In this document: piece by piece, positions 46,400 through 56,384 of the stretch
Numbering within the stretch: the first letter of the stretch is position 1
Layout of the letters: each line of letters begins with the position of its first letter
NCBI GenBank assembly: GCA_036867785.1
Contig: CP145413.1
Location: 1,488,001 to 1,544,657, forward strand
Source of the DNA: Plasmodiophora brassicae
Lineage: Eukaryota
Length of the DNA stretch: 56,657 nt
Direction: 5' to 3'
Notes under the pieces: generated by a model
Told to the model about the DNA's origin: nothing
Databases searched by the model: none
Seen by the model: the letters and a program-made list of their open reading frames with translations, nothing else
Made by a program: the position numbers and the translations under genes

Positions 46400-49300
46400 G
46401 CTTTAGCTTTCGCCCACGCCGGTGGCGGCAGTATGGGACCTGTGGACGACATCGCGCCTCCGGCCGACGGATGCCGTGTCGGCGTGAATCAGTCGCCGAC
46501 TCCGTGTTGCGCTGCGACTGACGACGCTGACGATGCAGCCGATCGCCCACGTCCCCTGCCAATCGCCGACGATCCGACGACCAAGCCGGTGGTCGACGCC
46601 GCCCACTACATCGCCGTACACGGCTTCCCGATACGCCACGATGTTCACCATCGCACCTCGCCGATCGCCGACGACCTGTCGCGACCGCGTGCCCTGCCAG
46701 TGTCTGCGCCGTAAGCCGTTGCACCTCGAGGACAGGTACGAGTCATCGTTTGTTGCACAGTGTCCCAGGCCCTCTGACGCGTTCGACACCGCCCTTATGC
46801 AGTCTCATGCCGTCGAGTCGGACCAGGTCCAACATGACCCCGGCGTGGTGGCTTCCGACGCTTGGAACAATTGGTCATGCACGCCCCATGCCCGGCACCA
46901 TGCGTTGATAGCGGGCTAACCAGTCGATGTCGTCGCCGGCCTCCCTGTCTGCGTGTCGAGCGGTGCCTGCCTGCTGCGTTGTGTTCGTCCTCGCGTCTCT
47001 CGAGTCGTCGACGTCCCGAGGCGCCTGCTCGCTGTTCCTGCGATCGACTGTGACGTAATCGATGCATCCCACTGGACGTATGCCAACGCGCCCAACACGT
47101 CTGGACGACGCCATGCTCCGGTACGGACCGCTGTCTAATGCAAATGATCACGGCCTCACACGTTCTGCACAGGACACTGCCGTCGCCAGTTACGACGCTG
47201 CCGGTCGTCAATGCCGCCCACTACATCGCGATATTCGACTAAGTTCGCGTCTGCAGGCTGCGGGTCCCCAACGACCCGTCGTGCTGCTCGCCGTGCTTAC
47301 GTCCGCGTCGAAGTCACCGCCGAGCACCGACATGGGCCAACGGGATCACCTGCAACGCGACCATAAGGGGGCCTGCTGGGCTTCTGTGCATCTCCTGGTC
47401 AGGAGCGTGTCGTTGCCAAGATGCCCCATCGCCTGATACGGCTGCCTGCCCTGCTTGCGTCCGCGCCGACGTCGCTGCGACCGGGCCAACACATCGTCTA
47501 CTAGGACAGCGGAACGTGATCATCTTCCTTAAGCGCGCCCAATATCTCTGGGTGCGATTCCAGGACAGGTATAGTTTCTCGGCTGATGCGATATGACCTT
47601 CGCCTCTGACATGTGATGAACAGGCTAAGCCAGCTGCCGTGGGACGTCGCTTGTCCATCATGGGAGCCTTCAAGCAGCCGTGGTTCTGCCAAATTGTCAT
47701 TCTGCTCCACACGTGACGCGGTCGACTGCCCCACCCTAGCCGCCGGATGCAATTCGCCGTCTGCCCTGAACCGTCCTGCGATGACGGGCCCCGCATGCAA
47801 GTGCGTCGCCGCCTCCCCCATCTGCCTGGTCCGCTGCGTCTGCCAACTCTGCTGGTTGCCCAGCAGGGCAGCGGTGCCCAGCGCCCGTTGCTGCCGGAAG
47901 CCTCGCGGACACCTGACTTCCGACGACGATCGTCCAGCATCCCTGACGCTATATCCCGATAACCGTGAACGTTGAATACATGCTGCACCTGTTGACATGC
48001 GCGTACACCCACATGTGAAGTGCTTCCTGGCGTCAACTGGCGCGTCCGGCAGAGTCCGCTGCAGTCGTTGTAGGGCAGGGTGCCCGTCGCCGAACGAGAG
48101 CGGCGACGCTGCGTGCGCCTGCGTGACGAGCATGGCCGATCAGTCCAATGCAACGCGCACGCACGACAGTTGGATGCGCCCAGTCAACGCGCATCGTGGC
48201 GCCCACTTCTGCACGCACGTGCCTAGATGCGCCCACGGGCCGAGTCGAACGTCTCAGATGAATCGACATGCCACGACGACGTCCCGCTGCCAGATTACGT
48301 ACTGCAATGGATGCCAGCGGCATTGACTGTCGACCTCTGTCGTGGAGTGCCCTGGATTGTCACCATTGTTGACAGAGAGACCAGCACAGTGCAATGTCCC
48401 CGCCCCCGTTGTCAGACGTTGCCCTTTCAAGGACGTGACGTAATGTGATCGGAGGGTACTTACTCGACTTTAAACGAGGCGAGATCGTACGTACTGATCG
48501 AGTTCCGTGTCGGTACATGGTTTTCCAATGGACGCTGGCCTCGGCGAAAGTCCAGCAGGGCGCCCCACTCCGTACTAGCTGCGTGGTCGTCGACGACCCG
48601 GCTACGCTGCCAACGTCGTCCACTACATCGCCGTACACGGTTCAACGGGTGTTCTTCGCCGTCGCACATCGCGGGTCCCCGTCGACATGCCGTGCCTTCC
48701 CGTCCTGCTTGCGTCCCCGCCGACATCTCCGCCGACCCGATCGGCAAGGGCCAAGGCGTCCCCTACGAAGGCAACGCATCCTGCTGCCGCACAGTATCTC
48801 TGGATCTACTATATCCAGAACAGGTAAGTCGTATCGTGTATGACAGGCGGCCATGGGCTCAGACATGTGATGAACAGGAGACTGCATCCGTATGGCGGGC
48901 GTTGCCAGCGTTGCGGCCACCTGCTCCACACCTGGGGCTATCGCATGTCGCGAATCCCCGACGACACGTCCACGCCGACGTCGCCGCCGACCATATCGGC
49001 ACGTGTAAAACGCATCCCCGGGGAAGGCAATGCAACCTGCTGCTGGTGTGTCAACGCGCTCAGTACCTCTGGATGAAGTATATCCAGAACAGGTACGCCG
49101 TAGCGCGTATGACCAGCGACCATGACCTCTGACATGTGATGGACAGGAGACGGCAGCCGTAGCTGTACCGCATCGTCAGGCTTGCGACCACCTGGTCCCA
49201 CGCCTGAGGCGACGCCTACCCCCTGTCGATCGCTGCGGTTGGTCGTTCGCGTCCCTGCCATAAACCCGTCATTCCATGTCGGCCACAGCGAGCAAGGGCG

Positions 49301-49650
49301 CCGCCAGCGCCACCGTCCGCAAGCCCAGCTGCGCATGCCTACGCTGCTGGTTGCCCAACGTCCATTTCTACCGGCCGCCACGCGAACGCCTGCTATCTGA
49401 TGACGATCGCCACCATCCCGGCCGGCGTATCGCGGCAACCAGGACCGTTCAATACAGGCAGAACCAGTTGTCACGCGTGTACACCGGCCATGCATGGCTT
49501 CCTGGCGTCAGCTGGTGCCGACCAGAGCAGGGCGGGACGCCGTCCGTCCCCAGCGTGTTCATCGACGTTGCGCCCGTCCCTTCATGTCGACGCATATGAA
49601 ACCCATCCCATGACGTTGCCATGCCTGGTTAGGCCAAGCAATGCCTACCC
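46400..49650 (+). pseudogene. Diverged tandem repeats of an unknown intron-containing gene
   Basis: Three copies of an exon-intron module (RAQYLW..YIQNR followed by GT...GACATGTGATGRACAG) and larger duplicated blocks (about 47780-48050 vs 49270-49520). Confidence 0.55.
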
Positions 49651-49726
49651 TTACAATCGACCATCGACGCTCTCGATGCTGCACCTCAAACAGACCCGTC
49701 CCGTGTGTTAAGTTACAAATACAAGT

Positions 49727-51221
49727 TTATGAACGGATACCATTGCATCTGTAGAAGAGCAGCCTGTAGACGCGCTTGTGGAGCAGGCTAGCCACTTGGG
49801 ACTCTCCATACCGCACTAGGCGATTGGTGTCGCAGAAGACCCAGGAACCACCGGGTTGCTTGACCCAGGATATATAATGCCCTTCATCGTGCCCAGCCAA
49901 TTGGGTGTCACTACCCTGGTAATCGACCAGGCCAACGAGATCGAAGTACGCTCTGCCAGTCTGAAACGTCACTTCTGGCACCACGTCCTGCCCACAGGAG
50001 ATATCAGACATCCAAGAGATCCACCCATCATCATCGCTTGATGTCCTGCACCTACCACCGTGGTCCTACGACGCGCCATGCTGATCTGCGCTCCGTCAGG
50101 GCCGGGTTGCTGGACGATCTCCATCGGATCCTGCCGAACAATCAACAGTGACCCCGGCGTTGGACTCCTGGCCATGTGGCGGAACGTTGTCGACCGGTGC
50201 TCGACATCGTGACCAGGTTGGCAGGGAACGTTGGAGGTGCACCTCCTGGTGATCGTCTCCGACTGCTCCCCGACCAGAACCGTTGAGAGTTTGACTCGCC
50301 GGTGGCAGCCCTGCAGCATGACGACGGGCTGCTGACAAGGCGGGCGCGACGAGGCATGGCCGCAGGTGGCACACGTATCAACCACGTGTTCGACGAACTC
50401 GACGAGACTGCCAACAATCGGCTGTCCATCAGCGCCCACCATACGGTATGCCTCCATCTGCGATAGCAGTTCCAGGACGAAGTCGTCTGCGTCGTGCTGA
50501 TGTCCGGCAGGAAACGACCGTGTCGCCCGGTCGGCGTTGCCCAGGCTGCTGATGAGCTCAACGAGCGCGTACGACGCCACGTTCGCATCCAGGCGGGGGT
50601 TCATCACCTGGTTGAACAGGCCCACCCAGGGCGCGTCGCCCGACACGCGGTGCCATCCAGGCAAACGACGCAGGATATGGACCGGTGCAATGGCGAAGCA
50701 AATCTGCCGGCAGACGCCGGCCGCATCCACGTTCGATATGCCCGCTGGAAGTAGCGTGTCAGCACCACACTCCTGAACGTCAACTTCAGCAGCGTCGATG
50801 ACAATTGGATCGCGTTTCGTACCTGCGCAGGAGGTTCCGACCCTTGGGCGGGATCGCTGTGGGCGATTCGTTCGGTGCGGCTCGAACGGTCGACAGCAGG
50901 TCGTTCGTGGACCTGCAGTTATTGCACGCATGTCAGCTGTCTCCCTCGCCACAGTACCGGCGTTGGCAATTGGCAAACCTGTCTGCGCTTCCTCGCTGGG
51001 CGTTTCGCGAGGAGAGCCACTTGAACCCTCCTCCGCTTGCAAGTAAGCTTGGGTGCCTGCAATGTCACGGGGGTTCAGTCTACACCCCGCTCGCAATACC
51101 TTCTAACCCAAATCACCCTGTACTCCGACGACCTGGAGGACGACTCGCAAACGTCGTTCGTGTCCTGGGACGGTGCGTCGCTGTCGTCGTCGCTCGACAT
51201 CGGGTCCACATCCATCGTACT
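49727..51221 (-). CDS. Ubiquitin-specific protease-like (peptidase C19) domain, spliced
   Basis: Cys box GISN...QICFAIA, QHDADDF, CATC Zn ligands and His box GHYISWVK..W..CD. The GTAGGT..CAG intron at 49988-50055 joins the two ORFs in frame. Confidence 0.8.
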
Positions 51222-51241
51222 CTGTTCAGGCCCACAGTGGA

Positions 51242-54200
51242 TCAGCAGGATTGCACAATCAAGGCGAATATCATCAGTACACGTACAGTTCGTCGGCACC
51301 TGATTGCCGACCGGTTCTGCAGTAGTGCTGCCCGCCGACTGGTTACTGTCCTGCGTACGGGGCGGCGCTCGTCACCGGCGTCGTCTCCTGCACCGCCGTC
51401 CTCAGATCCGTTGGCACCGGCAACGTCGATGCCGCTTCGCCGCCTTCGGACGGCGTCCAGGTACATCGGCACAAGCCGGGCAACGAGCGACGCGATCCGC
51501 TCAACGACGACATCGTTCTGGCGCCTCGACGTCAGGACGATGAGTTCGATCGCCACCAGCAAGACGTCGTAGGTGTGCTTCGTCGCGCACCAGACCTCGT
51601 TGAGCTTGGCGCCGACAGCGCCGATCAGCATGAGTTCGTGGGCGAAGTCGTCCCACTCAACCGCGCCTGCGTCCAGCGACCTGAGGACCGCCGACATGTC
51701 GACGACGTGGTCATCGCCGTCCCGCTCGTCAGCGTTCCTCTTCTCACCCACGTACGTCAACACTCGTCGACCGAGGCCGCGCGCATGGAAGATCATAAGG
51801 ATGATCCTCTGCTGCAGGCCCCACTTGGACAGGTCCACGGGTGACGGCCACAGACCAGACACGCTCTTGACGAGTTTGCTGACCTGCGTCGACATCTGCC
51901 GGGGCGACTTCGACAGTTCAATCGTGTCGTCGACGCAGGGCCTCTGAACCAGCACCGCGTTGTGTGGATCGCCCAGGAACCCGTCCCAATCGACCAAGAC
52001 CGGGGTGCCTTTCCCGTCCTTCCTCGAATGCATCACGCCCATGATCAGGGCCATGGCTTCCCACGGCCAATGCCGGCGATGCTTGTTCCCGTGGAAGGCG
52101 GACGGCAGCGGCAGCTCCGCCCACGACCCTTGAGCCTGCGCCAGGGTGACCGACCGCGACGACAGCGGGACCTTGCTGATCTGCAGCGATCCAGCTGACG
52201 TCAACGGTACGATCAGGTCGGGATCACAGAGTGGCGGGACCAGCATGACGACCTGCTGGAGGATGTTCTTGAACTCGGCGGTAGGCACCCATCGACCCGC
52301 CGGACGCTGGCGCAGTGCACGACGCTGGGCCGGGCTGCTGTCGCCGGACGCCATGAGCATGCGGAGATAGGCGTCGGTGACTCGCTCCGGAGGCGCATCA
52401 ACAAGGACGACGGGAGGATGTACGACACGGCCATCCCAGCGTAGACGCAACGACACGTGAATGACATCACGCCCCAGGGCTCGGCGCCTGCCTTGTACCC
52501 TCGTCACCAACGCGCGCATGACGTCGGCCTCTCGGAAACGACTAAGCGGCACGATGGACATGACGTCACGCCAGAGCGCTACGTGCGGCAGCGTGTCCAC
52601 GCCGGGCGACATCCAATTGAATGCCACCCACTCGGCGAACGTGATGTGTTGCATCGACGCGACTGAGGGGTCCAGCACGGATCCAGGGCTCGCCAGGCGA
52701 TGCAGGGCGGCCGGTGACGGAAGGAACGACTTGAACAGATAGTCGTAGTCCTGGTCGAGGTCTGGGCGATCAAGCGCATGGCTGACGTACGGCGCGAGGA
52801 CCTTCCTGGACCGCAGCTGGTCGAACGCGTACGCGCCCTCTGTCTGAAGCAGGTTGAGCGCCACAGCGGCTGGCGTCAACATGTCCGAGAGCATCGACGA
52901 TAACGTTCGAAACCAGGAGCGGACCAGGTAGGTCAACGCATGCCGGCACCCCTTAACCGAAATCCGAAGGATCGTCGACATCACGTCGGCGTTGTCGAAC
53001 CCATGGATAAAGTTCAGGAACTGGCCCTCGTGAATGCGCAGGTTTAAGGGGTCCATGAAAGCTGGATCGATGAACACCCTGCCGGCCGACATGCAGAAAT
53101 TGACGTAATCCAGGCGCGTCCCGGGCGACATCCACACGCCGACATTGCTGTCAGGGGTACCGCCCTGGAAGAACCGGCTTGCCGAGATGAACGAACCGTC
53201 GAGCAGTGCGTTCAGCAGGTCCTCCATGAACTGCAGGCAGTTCATCTGCCGCCGATCAATGTTCGTGACGAACGGTGATCGGCGCCCGCCCTCGATGGGT
53301 CGGAACATGGCCCGATACATCAGACGGGGGAAGTGGGCGTACTGCTCATGTTTCCGCAGAAGATGGGCCCAGAAGTCGTGCGCCGCGATGCACAGGATCG
53401 TGTCGTCGTCGTTCAGGTGGGCAACTTCGCGCCACATCGACTGGAACACAGCGCCGCGCATCGACAGGTTTGCGATGTACTCGCAGCGGTGAACGACGGG
53501 GACCCTTTCGCGCATCATCTGGCGGCACCATCGTATTCTCTGCGTCATCGACCTGTGAACCGGCTTGAGGGCTCGCTTCACGTCCGTCTTGCGGATCGGC
53601 CCGTACTTCCTCAGAGACCGCGGCAACGAAGCGATGAATTTACGAGTGTTACCGCGATCGAAAGACGCCCGCACACAGGCGCTGAATGTGGCCAGGTGCG
53701 AGTAGCGCACAGGCGCCGCCAGTATTCGTGATCGATCTCTTGTGCGTTGAGACACTGTCGCATTGTACGCTGATCTCGCTGAAGCCATTGTCGAGCCGCA
53801 CCGCGTTTTACATCCCCCAAACGCGGCAACCTCACCGATCGGGTAATAGGAGTGGGATCGCGCAGGAGCGCCGCGGTTGGCGTCTCGGTCGCGTAGAGCG
53901 CTGTAGTCGCGACAGACGGCCACAGGTGTCTGATCCGGAAACGGCTCAGCGGCCACGTTGCTGCCAATGTCAAACCGGCCGCAGTCAACGATCGCGGTCG
54001 GCCAGAACGTTCGGAGGTAGTGGCGCTGCTCCAGGATCGAGCCGACGTTGTCCATCCTCGTAAATGATCGAACGCCCAACGATTGCATCAGAACCATCGT
54101 CGAGTCCTGCAGGTACAATGCCAGTGTGTCCAGCATGGTTCGCGCGTCTCGCGGCGCGAACCGTACAGGACGCTTGTGGTTGTTGTACTGCTGGCTGTAG

Positions 54201-55174
54201 TCGACGAGTTCGTCGGGAAGTCGATCAGAGCACGCGGCGATGGCCTCGCTGACTGCGGCGCGGCAGGAACTGGAGAAGCCGCGTCGTGTCGAGTGACGAC
54301 TCGTACTCACCAGGAACAACGTGATCGTGGCCATTGGCGAGCAATACACTTCACCGAGGAGGAACATGGGAAACTTGGTTATCGGCGTTGGACGCGGTTC
54401 GCCTTCCAGCTGCACCCGAAGGTCGTGAAATGTGCTCCCGTTGACCGCTTGGCGGCCAGCGTGCCGTCCCCAGGCTGTCATCAAGTGCAGCGACGTGAAC
54501 GCCGTTGCCCTCTCGAGCGGGAAGACCTGAAGCCATCGCTGGAACGACGTACAAATGGCCTGAAGCGAATCGACGTCCATGGTCTGGAGAATGTCGGGCA
54601 CGCCGCCATGCCTCTCAGACGCTGCGCGTGCCTCGGCTGAAACATCGAAGCGGTACTTGCCAGAGAAGCAGTCGGCTTTCGGTAGCCCATGCTGTGTCCA
54701 GAACAGGTCACCAGCGAAGTCTTGCAGACTAATCGTCTCAAACGCGCTGCAGTCAGTATGCGGTTGGCTTCCCCTTGTCAACTGCTTTTCTTCCGATTCA
54801 GCCAAGAGGGCGAAGGACGGATCCGCGCCATAAGGGTTACCTAACCCGACCTGGCCGTCATCGGACGCAGCAGCATCGTCTTCCGAAGAAACCGTGCCAG
54901 ATGAGTCCGACGAAGGCGCTCCATCGCGGTCGTCATCACCTTGAGCGGTGGCCCTCCTTGAATTGTCTTCAGGTACGCGGACGCTGCCACCAGCGTCGTC
55001 ACCGTCTTCCGCTTCGACATCGACTTCGTCGGCTGCGGCCAGCTTCTGCCGTTCCCGGATATCGCGAAGATAATCAAACGTTGTTCGCGAGAAGGAGTCG
55101 GAACTAACAGCATCATCGTCGCTGTCTCGGTTCGTGTTGCACAGGCCGACGGGAACCCCGGAAGAGTCACACAT
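51242..55174 (-). CDS. 1310-aa protein of unknown function
   Basis: Long uninterrupted ORF with an acidic N-terminus. Its coding status is supported by amino-acid-level conservation with the paralog at 41.3-43.1 kb. Confidence 0.8.
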   Translation of the reverse strand: MCDSSGVPVGLCNTNRDSDDDAVSSDSFSRTTFDYLRDIRERQKLAAADEVDVEAEDGDDAGGSVRVPEDNSRRATAQGDDDRDGAPSSDSSGTVSSEDDAAASDDGQVGLGNPYGADPSFALLAESEEKQLTRGSQPHTDCSAFETISLQDFAGDLFWTQHGLPKADCFSGKYRFDVSAEARAASERHGGVPDILQTMDVDSLQAICTSFQRWLQVFPLERATAFTSLHLMTAWGRHAGRQAVNGSTFHDLRVQLEGEPRPTPITKFPMFLLGEVYCSPMATITLFLVSTSRHSTRRGFSSSCRAAVSEAIAACSDRLPDELVDYSQQYNNHKRPVRFAPRDARTMLDTLALYLQDSTMVLMQSLGVRSFTRMDNVGSILEQRHYLRTFWPTAIVDCGRFDIGSNVAAEPFPDQTPVAVCRDYSALRDRDANRGAPARSHSYYPIGEVAAFGGCKTRCGSTMASARSAYNATVSQRTRDRSRILAAPVRYSHLATFSACVRASFDRGNTRKFIASLPRSLRKYGPIRKTDVKRALKPVHRSMTQRIRWCRQMMRERVPVVHRCEYIANLSMRGAVFQSMWREVAHLNDDDTILCIAAHDFWAHLLRKHEQYAHFPRLMYRAMFRPIEGGRRSPFVTNIDRRQMNCLQFMEDLLNALLDGSFISASRFFQGGTPDSNVGVWMSPGTRLDYVNFCMSAGRVFIDPAFMDPLNLRIHEGQFLNFIHGFDNADVMSTILRISVKGCRHALTYLVRSWFRTLSSMLSDMLTPAAVALNLLQTEGAYAFDQLRSRKVLAPYVSHALDRPDLDQDYDYLFKSFLPSPAALHRLASPGSVLDPSVASMQHITFAEWVAFNWMSPGVDTLPHVALWRDVMSIVPLSRFREADVMRALVTRVQGRRRALGRDVIHVSLRLRWDGRVVHPPVVLVDAPPERVTDAYLRMLMASGDSSPAQRRALRQRPAGRWVPTAEFKNILQQVVMLVPPLCDPDLIVPLTSAGSLQISKVPLSSRSVTLAQAQGSWAELPLPSAFHGNKHRRHWPWEAMALIMGVMHSRKDGKGTPVLVDWDGFLGDPHNAVLVQRPCVDDTIELSKSPRQMSTQVSKLVKSVSGLWPSPVDLSKWGLQQRIILMIFHARGLGRRVLTYVGEKRNADERDGDDHVVDMSAVLRSLDAGAVEWDDFAHELMLIGAVGAKLNEVWCATKHTYDVLLVAIELIVLTSRRQNDVVVERIASLVARLVPMYLDAVRRRRSGIDVAGANGSEDGGAGDDAGDERRPVRRTVTSRRAALLQNRSAIRCRRTVRVLMIFALIVQSC

Positions 55175-55175
55175 C

Positions 55176-55219
55176 AGGTTTTTTAGGGTTTTTTAGGTTA
55201 GGGTTAGGGTTTTAGGGTT
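55176..55219 (+). repeat. Interstitial variant telomeric tract
   Basis: AGG T6AGGG T6AGG TTAGGG TTAGGG T4AGGG TT, with the same polarity as the terminal telomere. Confidence 0.93.
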
Positions 55220-55225
55220 CGTTCG

Positions 55226-55369
55226 TCGGCATGCCCAACGCGACCACGACCAGGAATGGCGGACACCCGCGCACTGCGGCGAGCTGCATGGTGCAGCTCC
55301 TTATGTCCCACCACCCCTTGGCGGCCCTGGTTTCGCCTTCGGCTCATCAGGTTATCGCGTTGGTGCCGT
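55226..55369 (-). ncRNA. Type I hammerhead ribozyme
   Basis: Stem I CCAACGCGAUAAC/GUGGUCGCGUUGG, core CUGAUGA (55350-55344), stem II GCC-GAA-GGC, GAAA, stem III CCAGG/CCUGG, cleavage triplet GUC (55250-55248). Confidence 0.88.
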
Positions 55370-56384
55370 CCCGGCGAATGTTGTCATTCCCGGGCTTTTC
55401 CCTGCCGGACCTGTGCGTCCTTTCGGTGAATGTCATCCCATCGGCGGCGTGATGCGGCCGTGGGGTATCAACTGATTTAACATCATTGGATTGTCGATTG
55501 CAGCGTGGGCGGCCGCCTGCCCTGCTGTATTTGCCATTAATTATGCGTTTGCACGCGCTGTTGGCTATGTCGATCGTTGATCTGCCTCTTGCGGCAGTCA
55601 GCGTCGTGTTATATTTGTCTAGGACGTGCTGGAAATTCGTTTGCAAGAAGTTCCATCGTGTGTCGGCGCCTCTGTGGGGCCGCACACTGAAGAAGTTCGT
55701 GCTGATCTTCTCCGTCTTTTCCATTAGCCATGCTCGGTCTGTGAACTGATATGGCGTTTTCGATCTGATGATCTTACTGGAGTATCCACGTCTCCTTAGT
55801 TGCTTCCTGAATTTCCCCATTTCTGCAATGAAGGTCTTTCTATCCGCGGTCCCTCGCAGGATGCGAATATTCTCTCCAGTAATCCACGAACATTTCGTTA
55901 GCTCTGGCTTGAATGTCGTGTAGTGGTTGAAGCATTTGTTATTCGTTGGCTTAGTGTATGGTTTGAAATCCAGTAAGCCGAGCGTAGCGTAACGGCGTCC
56001 TTTGTAGATGGTGAGATCTAGAAAGTTCACTGTGCTCCCCATTTGTTCGATGTTGAACTGCAGTGTGCCGTACGATGATAGGTGTCTGGTGAGTGCTTTC
56101 ACCTTCGCTATCTTTTCAGTGGCAATGATTGTGTCGTCTCTGTACCGGCGGTACAGGTATGGCTTGAGGTGGGGGTGCTTCCTCCATGCTTCCTCTTCCA
56201 TTGCTGCCACGACTAGGTCGGCAAAGACGCCTGAGACGTTGCTTCCCATGGCGGCGCCTTGCACCTGTTTGTACCAGGTGTCGCCGTATACGAAGTAGTT
56301 GTTCTGTAGTACCCATTGTAGGACGTCTAGTATGAGTTTGTGGCACGGGATGTGCCCTCGTTCGAGCAGTGGTTCGATGAGTTC
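55347..56384 (-). CDS. Penelope-like reverse transcriptase (partial, open at the 5' end)
   Basis: The frame extends upstream of the listed ORF (LQWVLQNNYFVYGDTWYKQVQGAAMGS). It includes catalytic YRRYRDD, NFLDLTI, PYTKPT and the thumb motif LRRRGYS. Confidence 0.92.
   Translation of the reverse strand, partial: ELIEPLLERGHIPCHKLILDVLQWVLQNNYFVYGDTWYKQVQGAAMGSNVSGVFADLVVAAMEEEAWRKHPHLKPYLYRRYRDDTIIATEKIAKVKALTRHLSSYGTLQFNIEQMGSTVNFLDLTIYKGRRYATLGLLDFKPYTKPTNNKCFNHYTTFKPELTKCSWITGENIRILRGTADRKTFIAEMGKFRKQLRRRGYSSKIIRSKTPYQFTDRAWLMEKTEKISTNFFSVRPHRGADTRWNFLQTNFQHVLDKYNTTLTAARGRSTIDIANSACKRIINGKYSRAGGRPRCNRQSNDVKSVDTPRPHHAADGMTFTERTHRSGREKPGNDNIRRDGTNAIT

Larger units (their letters stand above)
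55220..56384 (-). mobile_element. 5'-truncated, endonuclease-deficient Penelope-like retroelement at the telomere
   Basis: PLE-type RT with no GIY-YIG domain and a 3' hammerhead, bracketed by telomeric repeats, with the 5' end toward the tip. Confidence 0.9.

Noticed and set aside
55347-56384. Telomerase (TERT) as the identity of the terminal RT
   Set aside because: The motifs (GAAMGS, Y.KPT, RGY thumb) and the hammerhead are PLE-type. No TERT-specific QGS, T or CP motifs are visible.
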